Positions 43,701-57,002 are shown, numbered from the stretch's first letter. The stretch is 64,000 nucleotides of DNA from Asterias rubens (GCF_902459465.1 NC_047078.1:1116001-1180000), one strand, 5' to 3'. The notes: generated by a model from the sequence alone, not told the origin. Translations and numbers: made by a program.

Positions 43701-46700
43701 CATGCTACATCGGTGTTGCTAGAACTCGGATTTCACCCAGTCCTTTCCTTTAGAAACAATTTATTTTCTGTAACACGTGGGCATCAAAGCCCTTTATCGA
43801 CAAGTTCTCAAAGCTTGGTCTGATCGAAGGTTGGTTTGTGAGTTTATGGTTTCTGACGTCACACTTCGAGGCTCGTGAATATAACGCCAGAGATTGGTCT
43901 CTAGCCTACGTCAAGATCCTGACGGATAAGGACAGGGGACCAGACAGGGGACCAGTCTAGTTTATGAGCTGCTATGGCCCTGCCCTTAACATTCTGCCAG
44001 AGCGGATTATGTAGTTTGAACTATATGTGGCGTGAATTGAGCAAGATACCGGCCATTGGGATCTGCTAGTTCCTGACAGTTGTACCTTTGACCTTGCATA
44101 TCATAACACTCTGTGTTGGTTTGGCAGTTATGTGCGTCACTAACCCTTGTCTATCCAATGAAACCATTGGGTTTGCGAGACCAGTGCCTCTCTTTATCCC
44201 GTAGGTAAAGATGGCTATACTGGGTGCGTTCAATTTATAGTTTTCCCTGTGTCGACCCCGTGGTTCTCACTCGGCTGAGCCCCTGTCGACAAGAGCTAAT
44301 CGAACGATCACTCGCCCTCTAATGTGACGTCATGCACCTCGGGTCACCCCCAAGTTACCCGTCCCGCAAGCAGGGAACTGGGGGCTGACCCGGGTGAGCC
44401 CCTGGAATGACGTCAAAGCTATTTGAACGTAGAGGGGCAGACCGGGGTAGACACGGGGAAGCTAATCCAACCGCACCCATAGTTTCAATTCTTTTACCCA
44501 CTACTCTCCTCTTGTACAAAGGCAACCTGAGAAAACCTCTAAGAATTCCTAAGATTCCAAGGACACAATGGAGACACACGTCGCTATACCTAAAAGATAG
44601 GGGAGACGGGCGAGCACGTCTTTGTTTGCACCCCCTATACCATTACTTTTACATTTAATTTCTATTTTACACTTCTTCCCTATGTTTTGTTGACTACAAT
44701 CTTACAATAACATCCAAAATCTCAAAATAGCGTGCCCCATTAACTGCAACATTTTCGTATTGAATGTCACCACTCTGTCATGGTATAAACTACTCCTAAT
44801 ATTTCCTTTGAATGGATGTTACCACATTTTGTGTCTTGTGCGATTGTTAACTTAAATGCTAACAATGCACGCAAGAGGGATTTTGGCGGTAAAGTCTTGG
44901 ACGAAACTTGCTGTCTATTGTCTGTATTATAGAAACGGAAATAGACCCAAATTCCATTCTGTGCGAGGTCCATCGGGGGAAAAACGGGGGGAAAAAATCA
45001 CCTTTTTTCGCTATTTTTCTTGTAATAAAAATATGAAATCAAGAAAATCGTGTGTTATGTTACACTGTGTTGCATATTTCTTACCAGGTGAGGGGACATC
45101 TGATATGCTGTCCTGTCCCTTTCAGTCTAAAAAGTGAGGGGGCATGTCCCCCTGCTCCCCCCACCCATCGACGCCCTCGTGTAAGGGTCGAAAACAAACA
45201 ATTTATTGGCCGTTATCGTCAGACAAAACTGACAAAATAATCACCCACATCTTCCATTCGTCTTTAGCAAACACTTTGTATTGCATAAGTCTGTAAACTC
45301 AATTTGTGACGTGTTTCACTGCCAATGTGCAAATATATTTTGTAGATAATTCTATAATCGGAACAGCTGTAGACTACGTGTTTAACATACCAGCACTGGA
45401 TAGCATGCATGACTGACTAAGCACGATGTTGGCTAGTGTGAACAGTATTACAAAACACTGCGTTGTCACACCCCTATTTTCTCGGTGCAGAGCGGCTTCG
45501 CACCGTGGACCGGGGACTCACACACCGGGGCTCAGTTGGAACATACCGGGGCTGGGTCGGTGATACGCTACCGTCGTTTGGGGCTGGTTTACGGTTGTAG
45601 CTTCGTTGCTGATGATACGCCCGAATTGTTCTCACCGGTGATCAAGAGCTACAATCATGTAAGTGACATCAAACTAAATCAGTAATCAATGATCTTTAAT
45701 ATAAAGAGATTATTTGTTAAATAGAAAGTGATCAGTTTCTGGCAAGGTACAACATAAACTCCTCTGTATTTTTGTCATGTCCGGTGAAAGTGAACAAAGG
45801 AACGGCAGTCAGTTCAACCATAGGGGTAAGTGATCTGAAATGTTGTTGAGCATTCATGCTAACACACATCGGTAGGAAAAGTTTCCGTATGGCGCCCCCA
45901 CTTTTTCATTCGATATGAAATAATATAGTATCTAATTTACCTCAATGAGATATCCCTTTTTGTAAAAATGAGTGAAAAGGTGGTGGCGCCAGTATCCCAT
46001 CGGTATATGGGTTAAAACCAAGAATTAATATTCTTTATCCCGATGCAAATTTAACATCTGTTAATACTTTTTCCCTTGCCTACACCCCGATTTTGAAAGG
46101 GTTTTGATACCTTTTGCAGATCAAGTTTTTGGCCATGACATGAATCCCTACTCACTGTGAATGAAGATATAGTTTACATGTAGAAGTTTCAGCTTCATTA
46201 GTCCTTACATTTTTTAGAACAACAAATCAAAGAGCAATGTTTTCAGCAGAGTTGCGTAAATACCAGTACTGGGGTGGACTTTCACAAAGAGTAAGGACTA
46301 GTCCTAGGAGATGTTAAAATAGTATGGGTAGTCCTAAGTTAGGACGAGTAATTCGTCCTAAAGTCGAGTTAAGACTAGTCTTACCTCTTTGTGAAATCTA
46401 CACCCGATAATCACGTTGTAAGTGCTAAAATAATATTCGTTTCCTTAGACGAACATCATTTTCGTGACATTGTTTTCCTCACTTCTCAAAAAAACAAAGA
46501 GAAAAAAAAAACAAAAAAAAAACACCTCAGCAAATAATATTTTTAGGGGGAGCTTCCTAACATCATTATCTTTAAATCATGTAAGTTTATTGTACATCTG
46601 TTTGGACATTGTGTTTTGTGTCGTACAAGAATTTTACCCAAACCCTTTAAAGTCCCACCGTAATTGATTAGGTACTTTTTCGGAAAAAGAGTTAAGGTAT

Positions 46701-49327
46701 TGGGTATGTCCGTATCCTGCCACCACCTTTTCACTCATTTACCAAGGGACAACATTCTCTATACCCAACCCCACCACCCAAAGAATAAATATTTCCAAAT
46801 TGTGTGTGGTCATACTGAATGAAAAAAGTTTGTATTATTTATTATTTGGCAAACATGTATACATTAAGAAACTTCAAAAATATTCAACTTTAAAAGAAAA
46901 CCCCAATAATAAGAATGCAAAGCGTAAAGGCAATACGAAATGTTTTAAAGAACAAGGAAGTGTGCCCACCAAAGAAACAGCCAAACAAATAAACTGCCCG
47001 GACACTGAAAAGTAAATAAGCAGACAATACCCAAAACAGATTCAAAAGACCGCGAACAAATCTTACAGACAACCGCAGGTTTGCCAGAACTGACAGCACT
47101 GTCATCATGAAGTGTGCCAGTGCAGCACGAGGCGCGATTATGCGCCCATTTCTAACACCAGTTCCTTCACAAAGCTGATAAGCACACACATAATATTGCT
47201 CAGCATATTAATATTTGCTACGAACAAAACCTTGAACAAATTGATCATTATAATTGTGATTGTATATGCCCCGCTATGTCTTTCTTGTTGTTGGTTAGCA
47301 AAGATCGAAGACACATATAACACCCCTTGCAAGTATTCTGCCTGCTCATTGGTTTAGAGCGCGTCACATGACATGTCTTAGTTTTGCTAGACGACGGCCG
47401 TGTGATAGTGCGTCGGTTTGCCATGCGCTAGTCCGAAGACTAGCACACGGTGTACAGTACCCAGACGTCCGTTGCGTGTACGAGGATGATAAATTAATAG
47501 TCTGTAACCATTTCGGATTGCACGACACTACATGCAGCACAGTAAAAGTGTTTGCAATCTGTATTCGCGTCGTCCGTGGATTGCAGCATTCAGGTCTGTA
47601 ACTTAATAATAATAGTACATTATTTAGAAATGTTTGGGGTGTTATAAAACAAATGTTGACTGCTTTTACTCGTGCAATGGTTAAGTCGAAGCAGTCAATA
47701 TTTGTATATTATGGCCTGCTATTATACAGCTCAATGTCCAAAGGTGCTAAGCATTTTCTCTGTGTTAAGATTATAGTTCTCCCGTTATTACATTTGGTAC
47801 ATTTGCTAGTTCACTGCAACACTATCTGTCAACCCATTATCTTAAAAAGGTTTGGGTGTACTTTTTACACATACATCTACAGGCGGTTTAAAGATAATGA
47901 TGGTAGAAAGCTTCCCTTGAAACATTACTTGCTGAGGTGCTGTCATTTTTGGGGAGAAATGAATAAAACAATGTCATGAAAATAACGTTGTCTCGTTGAG
48001 ACGATTTTCTTTTAGCATACAACAGATTTAGGAAATGTTTCCGTATGGCGCCACCACTTTTTCATTCGATATGAAATAATAATATAGTATCTAATTTACC
48101 TCAATGAGATATCCCTTTTGGTAAAAATGAGTGAACAAGTGCTGGCGCCATACGGAAAGTTTAAATCCCGGATTTACGCGACTCTCTGAAAACATTTCTC
48201 TGTGATTCACTTTTTTCTAAAAAAAAACTTGGTGACAATGATGCTGTAACTTCTACGAGTAAATTATATTACACACTCCATTTAGAGTGAGTATGGATAC
48301 GTGTAAAGGTCACACACGTTATCTACAAAAGGTATCCAAAAATTATGTAATTCAAATACTTATGTCACAGATAACAATGTGAACACTGCATTATACACTG
48401 CAAAAACTGAGGTGTTAAATTGATTCACTTTGTATGTAACAACACCGACACCGTGTTAATATAATAATAATAATAACTACAACTTATATAGCGCCGAAGT
48501 CCGTCTCGAAGACACTCAAGGCGCTTCACAGAGAAACAATTAAATAAGCACAGGCTAAAAACACTTAAAGTAATTAAGTATTAACAAAACCTAAGAAATT
48601 AAAAAAACAGCAAACAAACGATATGGTAATGGGGATAAATAACACCATTATTTATCCCTTTAAGTAGAATCAATTTAACACCCCACTTTTGCAGTGTAAT
48701 GGTCCTCTACGAAACCACGTTTTTTGGCTCATTAGGCTCTGGCTTGGGCTGCGTCAGCTACTTTGAAAACGTGTGCTTTGAGTACGGGAATTCATTCAAA
48801 CTGACGGACGGAGCCTTAAGCCAGAACCCAAGCACAAACTATGGTTTTCGAAAATGCTCTGTATAATAGCGTAGGACATAAATCTGTACACGAGTGCAAA
48901 CAGTGACTGAGTGGTGATATTGCACAACATTTTATTCGGACGGTAAATGTCAACAAATCGTGTACACATTGCTCCAACGAGCGCGTCCAATAAGAGATTT
49001 AGTCTTGAGCACCCCACAAACTATACGTCCATAGCAAAGGACCTACAGTGAAAATGCTAAATAGTCAAAATACACGAACAATACTTAGAAGTCTCGCAGC
49101 TTTTTACAGTAAAGGGAAAATTATTGAGTGACTATTGAGCTTTAATCCTCTGCTCAAATTATGTCAAGCCACCTTTTTTTATAATGTTCAAATTCTAAAA
49201 AAATTTCCAACGCTTTTTTTTTCATTTCAGGGCTGACAAGCTGAACGAGTAGTTGGTGTGAGACATAAGAGGCATTGCTTCCATTCGGCTCTCATATCAC
49301 CATCTACACTTAAGAAGAAACGTTGTT

Positions 49328-50989
49328 ATGCGCAGAATGCGCACCAAAATGAGGTCAACTTGCCGAGGATTCCTGCTGGTAGTCGTCTTTTCACTGGTGA
49401 CCACATACATCATATTGTTCCATGACGATATGGTGAAGACTACCAAAAGAGAGACAGTATTTCCTACAGTGAGACCAACACTACGTCACGAGCAACCTGA
49501 GCACATTAAAGGTAGTAGATCGCTACTAAACACCAGCAACACAACCGTTCAACTGCACTCAAAAGTGACGCTAGAGGGTCCGTGTTATTTCCATGACAAG
49601 CTCCATGGCGACAATTTACCCGACATTCATTCTGTGTTTTCTGAGCCTGAAATTGGGCAGGTTGTATTCGTCGGACTGAAATTCTTGAAAGACCCTTGGA
49701 GTAAGACTAAGTTCAGATGCGAATTCCCAGATGGGCAGTTTAGCCACACCACGCAATCACTTGAAGACCGTAGGAGTTTCGGCCATTTCCCGCAGTATGT
49801 TGTTGTGCTGACGTGCCCATTACCGGATCCATACCGATTGAGAATCAGCTTCACCATGAATTTCACGAGGCTTCCTGGTAATCAGACGTACAGAGATATC
49901 AAAGTGTGCCCATCCAACTCCGCGCCAACGGAGAAGTATTTTCTTGCCATGTGCACAATGGTAAAAAATGTCGACAAATTCATCACAAACTGGTTAGACT
50001 TCCACAAGTACTTCGGTGTTGAGCACGCCTATATTTACGACAACGAACTGAAAGGCAAGTCTACCTTGCAAGTTGCCCTCAGAAAGTACATTGATGATGG
50101 TTTTGTCACGGTCATACCTTGGGCTCACACTGTTTCACGTAATAAGACTTATCTTGAGGTTCAGATAGCCCATGAAAACGACTGCATCTGGAGACACAAG
50201 CACGACGTTGATTGGATGATGAAGATTGACGTCGACGAGTACGTTCAACCAATGGACGCCAAGCGCCCGAAGATCACTGACTACCTAAAAGGTTCTATTT
50301 ACGACAACGTCGCGTCAATGCGAATCCAGAACTGGTTCTTTGGACACCGAAAGTTGATCAGCGCTGATGATACCACCATATTTACGCGCAACCGACTGCG
50401 CAACAGAAAACCAACCCTTCAAAACACGGGTCACGATAAAAACATCCTTCGACCAATCAACGTGCACTATTTCAAAATACACAGCGTTAAACTAGGCGGT
50501 GACGTCATATCAGCTGACCCGTATACGGAGCTCCGATTGGTTCATTACAGAGCCGATAATCCACGAACTCGACACTTCAAACTTCCAAAGTTAAACGTAC
50601 GGGACGATTCTATGGTTGCCATGATGCAATTTGTCGAAAAGGCAAAACTGGGAAACGATCGACAAAAGACACACCAACAAAAACTGATAAAACCCAAGAA
50701 GACTGTTCCAGAAAAAGGAAAAGAGCAACAAGAGCAACAAAAGAAACAAGAAAATGGAATAAAACAACAAAAGAAACAACAAGCAAATGGAATAGAACAA
50801 CAAAAGAAACATCAAGAAAAGGGGATAATACAACAAAAGAAACAACAAGAACATGGAACAGAAATACAAAAGAAATTACAAGAAAATGGAGCAGAACAAC
50901 AAAAGAAACAAGAAAATGGAACAGAACAACGCAAGAAACAAGAAAAGGGAACAGAACAAGAAAAGAAGCAACCAGATTCAAAAACATAG
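49328..50989 (+). CDS. GT92/DUF23 paralog, 553 aa, with Q/K/E-rich repetitive C-terminal tail
   Basis: TM segment FLLVVVFSLVTTYIILF; LAMCTMVK, WLDFHKYFGVEHAYIYDN, KIDVDEY; long near-identical blocks shared with the 39369-40736 protein. Acceptor ttcag at 49229-49230 upstream; candidate 5' UTR exon ending at donor gtaagt 45659. Confidence 0.85.
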   Translation: MRRMRTKMRSTCRGFLLVVVFSLVTTYIILFHDDMVKTTKRETVFPTVRPTLRHEQPEHIKGSRSLLNTSNTTVQLHSKVTLEGPCYFHDKLHGDNLPDIHSVFSEPEIGQVVFVGLKFLKDPWSKTKFRCEFPDGQFSHTTQSLEDRRSFGHFPQYVVVLTCPLPDPYRLRISFTMNFTRLPGNQTYRDIKVCPSNSAPTEKYFLAMCTMVKNVDKFITNWLDFHKYFGVEHAYIYDNELKGKSTLQVALRKYIDDGFVTVIPWAHTVSRNKTYLEVQIAHENDCIWRHKHDVDWMMKIDVDEYVQPMDAKRPKITDYLKGSIYDNVASMRIQNWFFGHRKLISADDTTIFTRNRLRNRKPTLQNTGHDKNILRPINVHYFKIHSVKLGGDVISADPYTELRLVHYRADNPRTRHFKLPKLNVRDDSMVAMMQFVEKAKLGNDRQKTHQQKLIKPKKTVPEKGKEQQEQQKKQENGIKQQKKQQANGIEQQKKHQEKGIIQQKKQQEHGTEIQKKLQENGAEQQKKQENGTEQRKKQEKGTEQEKKQPDSKT

Positions 50990-52430
50990 AATCTTTTGAC
51001 TTGGAAAGTTGTTGTTGAATGACATATATTTCCCCCCAACTCAAAACAGATGCATTGTACATAGTATAGACTTATATAGACTTTATTTTTTTCGTCTATG
51101 CAAAAGGCTTGCATGTTATCATTTTAACCAAAGGTACTTATTACAACGGTTTTTTTTTCATGAGACCTTCTTGAAACTTAAAGACACTGAAAAATAACGG
51201 TAATAACTCAAAATAAGTGTTAGCAAAAAACTTACTTGATAACGAGCAATGGAGAGCTGTTGATAAAACATTCTGTGAAACGGCTCCCTCTGAAGTTACG
51301 TAGTTTTTTGAGAAAGAAGTAATTTCTCACTAAAATATTTGAATTGAGTACGAGACCTCAGCTGAGGCCTCGAATTCAAGCATCTGAAAGCACACAACTT
51401 GTGCAACCATTGAGTCAAATTCACAGGTTTGTTATTTTGTGCAAAGTGAGAAGATTGGTCTTTGAAAATAACCAACGTTGTCCAGTGCTTTAAAGCCATT
51501 GGACCCTTTCGGTAAAAAAAAAAACCTTTTGGTAAAACAATATAAATTCTCGTTAGCGAGAATTACGGATTTATTTTAAACACATGTCATGACACGGCGA
51601 AACGCGCGGAAACAAAAGTGGGTTTTCCCGTTATTTTCTCCCGACTCCGATGACCGATTGAGCCTAAATTTTCACAGGTTTGTTGTTTTATATATAAGTT
51701 GTAATACACGAAGTGTGGGACTTGGACAATACTGTTAACCGAAAGTGTATAATGGCTTTAAAGCTCTCAAGAACATTATTTTCCCGAGAAAAAAATATCA
51801 CTCACAAAATGGGGACATTTTGAAAAATGACATTTTATTTCATATAATTGAATGTTAAGTAAAATATAAGTTGTTTTTGTTCGTTTGAAAATAATTGTAC
51901 TTATTAAAGATAGATATTATGAAATGTTTTCAAAGGTTCTACAGCTCAAAAGTTATGGAGCGATTTATTTTGTCTTGCCGAGATGATAAAGGTTGAGTTT
52001 AAAAACCAGTGGAGTAAAACTTATTAATAAACAAAGTTTCGTGTGGTAGTTTTGCATTTTGAAGCAGTTCGAACTTAAACACACATTGTCACTATTCCAA
52101 ATAACAAATATGACACTTTTTTGTAGAAACCAGGCACTTCCCCGATACCCTAACCTCCTGAAAACTACAAGAAACTACAAATAAATAGTAAACTTGCCGG
52201 GACAACGATGTTTACACCTCTTTGGTTGAAGTGTTGGCTCTGAAAAGAGCCGGCGTGGTCTCGAAGTTTCGAAAAGTATACCTTTTCTCCCGAAGACGAA
52301 AAGAGTATAGACCTAATAAACATACTGTCACCATATTGGTCATGTTCCCCGTTTCCATAACAGTAATGAATGCTAACATTGCGCAAACATGGCACCAGAC
52401 TAGTATTTCGTTCAGCCTCAATTTTGGTTA

Positions 52431-52562
52431 GGCCGTGTCCGAATTGGTGGCTATGGCTGCGGCTACGACCGTTGCCAGGGATGTTGCTAAGGGCGTCCTA
52501 TAATTCAATGACGCGGCGATCAAGCCGTAGCCGTAGTCGTAGCCGCCAATTCGGATCCGGCC
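52431..52562. mobile_element. PIF/Harbinger-like MITE with TTA target duplication, nested in another MITE (about 52306-52620)
   Basis: TTA|GGCCGTGTCCGAATTGG...CCAATTCGGATCCGGCC|TTA; an uninterrupted copy of the host at about 59107-59282 has a single TTA at this site. Confidence 0.85.
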
Positions 52563-55257
52563 TTACAATAATTTGGAATGGAGTAAAATCAAGATGGTCA
52601 CACCGTGATAAAAGGTCTATACTGTTTGAAACATCGAGACCACACCGGTTCTTTTCAGAGCCAACAATCCCACAATGAGATGTATATACATGGCTGCACC
52701 CGCAATAGTTTACTATAGGTTTTCTCGGTCAAATTCGGTAAATGAGCAGTCAATTTAATTTTCATGCGTTCGAATTAAAACTGCAGTAATGTTTTTATTC
52801 GAATTCGATTTTGTAATAAAAACATTACACCCAAGGTGTAAAGTCAAGATTGAATACCGGGCCTATTATCTGGTCCAAAGCTGGCGTCATCTGGTTCATT
52901 TTTTAATATGTATAGACGATGTGACCTATGCTTACATTCAAACCGCCCTCTGTTGATAAAACACTGTATACGTCATGTTTCACCGGGCAAAAAGTCGCGT
53001 AGTCATAGTAAGATTGCATACACTTTCTAGCTGTCTGCCAAAACACAAAGGTTTTGCCCGGCGGTATGCGCGCGAATCATGTTATGGTTTACGAGTGGCG
53101 TCAGAGGTCACATCGTCTATAGTCTTTACTTTGGTAGAATTCCCAGAAATTACCACATCCCATAAAGACACTGTACACACGTTTGGTAATATTGTCAAAG
53201 TTGCAGTGCTCTCACTTTTGTGTATCCCATCATAAGCATAAAATATCAAACCTGTGTAAATTTTGGCTCAATTATTGGTCATCGAAGGTGCGTGAAAACC
53301 CTGAAAAAACACCCTTGTTGGACGAATTTGTGTGCTTTCAGTTAGGAATAAAAGACTTCTAGCTAGAAGTCTTTTAATATTCTAGTGAGAAATTACCCAT
53401 TTACCAAAAACTACGTTACTTGAGAGGGAGTCGTTTCCCACAATGTTTTATACTTCCAACAGCTCTCCAATGCTCGTTGTCAAGTCAGTTTTTAAGTTAA
53501 TATTTGATTTGAGTAAGTACCAAACGTGTACCTTCCCTATAAACCAAAGAAACAAAACAAACACATGTTTCAACTAAGAGCAACACCAACTTATTTTATT
53601 TACAATTTACATTATTCACAAACGAGAAGGAACCCAGTGCTCCTTCCCCGGTAAATGAAAACACGATGCAAGTGAACAATTCCATTTTGTTTTTGCAGTA
53701 AAATAGACAAGGGCACACTGCCTTCGGATTTGGCACTTTGTGCTTTAAAATAATATGGTTGGTAAGATTATATAGTTAAAATTAGAATAATAATGATCCA
53801 CACAAAATATGCCTCGAAATTTTGTGATTTTCCTTTTACTTTGTGAACTAATTAATAAGGTCCGCCATGTCGCGCCATTTTGTAGAAACAAAGTTTTGAC
53901 TCCACAAAATACTGGACCGTGTGAGTTAAGAAGTAAATGGAAAACCACACAATAAAATTGTGAAGGATATTCATATTTTTAATTACATTTCTACTTTTAA
54001 AACATCTTTCCAAACATTCAGCTCACATAAATGCTTCGCTTTTTATAGCCCAAATCGCCCAATCCGAAGGTAATGAGCTCTTTAATACGCAGTTTGTAAA
54101 CCGAATGCATTGCTCTCGCAAACGTGTCACGATTGATGATTCCAAAGAAAAGTTAATGGCCTGACGTTTCGACCCTATAGCAGAGTCTTTCTTGATGGTC
54201 TTCAAGACAGAATCTGTACATGGTCGAAACGCCGGTCCGTTAACTTTTTGTTCTCATACCATAATATGGTACTTTTGGTTGATAAGCACTTTGCAGCAAC
54301 TAAATTTATTTTCTGATTGACGATTCCATCTACACATCCAAACTGTGAGGTCTTGGTCAAGAAAAAAAACATTCTAAAAATTAAAAACAACAAGAAAAAA
54401 AACATCAATTATTTTAATGGCAAATCTTATCGGCGAGGTGGTCTCTAAAATCAGCGGTGTGGGCTGTCTAAAGTTGAATGGAACGGAACAACTATTGGTA
54501 ATTATTACTCAAAATAATTGTTAGCATAAAACCGTACTTGGTAACGAGTAATGGGGAGAAGTTGATAGTAGTTGAAGTTTTGAGGTCTCGAAATCAACCA
54601 TCTAAACGCACACAACTTCATGTGACAAGGGCGTTTTTTCTTTCATTATTATCTCGCAACTTTGACGACCGATTGAGCTAAAATTTTCACAGTTTTAATA
54701 TTGTATGCATATGTTGACATACACCAAGTGAGAAGACTGGTCTTTGACAATTACCAAAGGTATCCACAATACAGTTCAGAACAGCCAATGATAGTCCTAT
54801 ATGCTGGTGATATAATGTTCAATGTAAACAAAGACAAATATGACAAAAAAAAGTCTTATATTTTAAAAGTCATTGTCCACAGTGCAGGAACGAGTTAATT
54901 TTAAAGTCAACATATTTTTTCCCCAACAGTTTCTGCGTCCGCATACAAAGTAAACTACAATTGCTTGGCCCAATTTCATAAAGCTAAGCAGAAAATACTG
55001 CTTGAAAAGTTTCTTTGCTAGGCAAAACTCAGTGGGGCACCAGGCATAAACATATAAAATTAATGTGATTTTGGCTAGTTTTGTGTGCTTAGCAAGTTTT
55101 TGTGCTTACGGGCTTTCTGAAATAATGTTGGGCATTATGAAACTGTTCAGCCGTCATCCATAGGCTCATCAGATTGAAAGAGTGACTTCGATAGTTTGGT
55201 TTGCACGGCAACGACACACCGTGGTAACCCCGTATAGTTCCTCCATGCCGAGACCGA

Positions 55258-55764
55258 TCAGACACTGGGGGCGATAAGGCGACCATCACGACCCGTCTCA
55301 AGGCAGAATCCTGGGTGGCGCACCGGGCGCTTGCAGACTGCGCGGTAACCCTTTCCACACGGCCGATCATCCCAGGTTTTGCTTCCGGTTGTACATGCAC
55401 AAACGGGTTTTCCTTCGCCTTTATTGCCATCTGGTTGGTTTATTCCCCAATTCTGAAAGCCACTTGACTCCCCTCCGAAGAGACAAGTCCAGTTTCCATC
55501 CATGTCCAAGTCGCTACAGCCAAGCCACATATCTACTCTGGGCTCAAAGAATCCCCAGATGTAATAGTTTTCGGCTTTAGAGTTCGGCACAGCAAGGGTT
55601 GCTTGTAACTCGGTACAAGTAAGATTAGCTTTCGACCATGGCTTACCGGGAAGCCCTGCATAGCAAGACTCGCCAAATTCTTGCCATCCAGGCGGGCAGA
55701 TCGCAGCCAAACGACGGCAGCAGAATACGGCCAGAACAATGAGGGAAACACCGGAGATTTTCAT
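55258..55764 (-). CDS. Secreted intronless C-type lectin domain protein, 168 aa from MKISG; downstream domain frameshifted (possible pseudogene or truncated allele)
   Basis: Signal peptide MKISGVSLIVLAVFCCRRLAA, then CPPGWQEFGESCY, WSKANLTC, MWLGCSD, NWGINQPDG, WDDRPC, AVCKRP. Confidence 0.8.
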   Translation of the reverse strand: MKISGVSLIVLAVFCCRRLAAICPPGWQEFGESCYAGLPGKPWSKANLTCTELQATLAVPNSKAENYYIWGFFEPRVDMWLGCSDLDMDGNWTCLFGGESSGFQNWGINQPDGNKGEGKPVCACTTGSKTWDDRPCGKGYRAVCKRPVRHPGFCLETGRDGRLIAPSV

Positions 55765-57002
55765 GGTGATTATTGCAGCACGCTGTCCGTAATGTTTGGT
55801 GTGCCTAAGCTGCTGTAAATTTGACACCAGTTGCTCTGATCAAACTTGGCACTGATATTGAGGCAAGATTGATTGCCACTCGCTTTTTATATGCAAAAAA
55901 AAAGGAAGAAATAAAAGATTAATCAGGCACACGCAAACCCTCAAGCCAAACGAAGGCCAACAATTACTAGTGTGACCAATTTAATCAAGGCATACAAGAA
56001 GTGAAGGTTTAAAGGTGCAGTTTTAAAAGCTGCGTTCCCTTTTTACAATTTGTCTTGCAAAAACTGGACAATGGCCCGAAGTTTCGACCCCAGAGTCTTT
56101 CTTTAAGGATGAAATGAAATATTGCGAACTTTATATACTAATAATTTTTATGAATATATATATATATTTATAATTTTAAGTCTGTTTAAGTAGTGCAATT
56201 AGACGCGCATAACACGGCCGATGAACAATGTGTTTTCTTTTGAAGTGCAAAATGGATTCCTCTGGCCCCTCAAAAATAATCGCGACTGCACCTTTAAGAC
56301 AACCTTGTTCCGATTCTTAATTAATTGGCGGTTCGTCTATAATGAGTTTGCAGCGTGAGAGGTGCTTTTAAAAAAGGCACTGGATACGTTTGTTAGTTAC
56401 TCAAATTCATTGTCAGCACAAAACCTTACTTGGTAACGTGCAAGGCTAGTCTTGACTCTTTGTGAATGAAATCCACCCCATTGCCTTTAAGTTTGCAATT
56501 ACATTTTACGTATCATCGACTAACTACAATATAACGAAAGGGTGGTATACCGAATAAGGTCAGTAAATTGTTACTCGTGCGATAATAAATTTAATTTAAA
56601 CAAACTAACACGTGACTTGGACCAAGTTTTATAATTTTCCAAGCAACTAGATGCATTCGAGTCCATCTGTTTGGATAAGGGTTTTGTTTTTACGAAAAAC
56701 GTAACACAAAACATATAGTTACTGGCCCGACGTTTCGCCCCTAGCAGACTCTTCCTGAAGGCTAAAACATTACCACAAAATTCAATTTTCTGACGTCACA
56801 AAGCGCGTTTGTTTCAGCTGGGGTCGTTTTGATTGGCTGACCGTTGAGGTAAATTGTAATGTATTTAAAAACTATTTATTATTTTGTTCATGTAATGATT
56901 TGGTATTTTAAGGTTTTATAAGAGTTCATACTAATGATTGTTAATGATAATTTATATAGTCGGGTTGGTACTGTATGGATGGATTTTACTAAGCGTCACC
57001 AC

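Noticed and set aside
50610-51114. Hydrophobic or Cys-rich antisense ORFs
   Set aside because: They are the reverse complement of the GT92 Q/K/E repeat tail.
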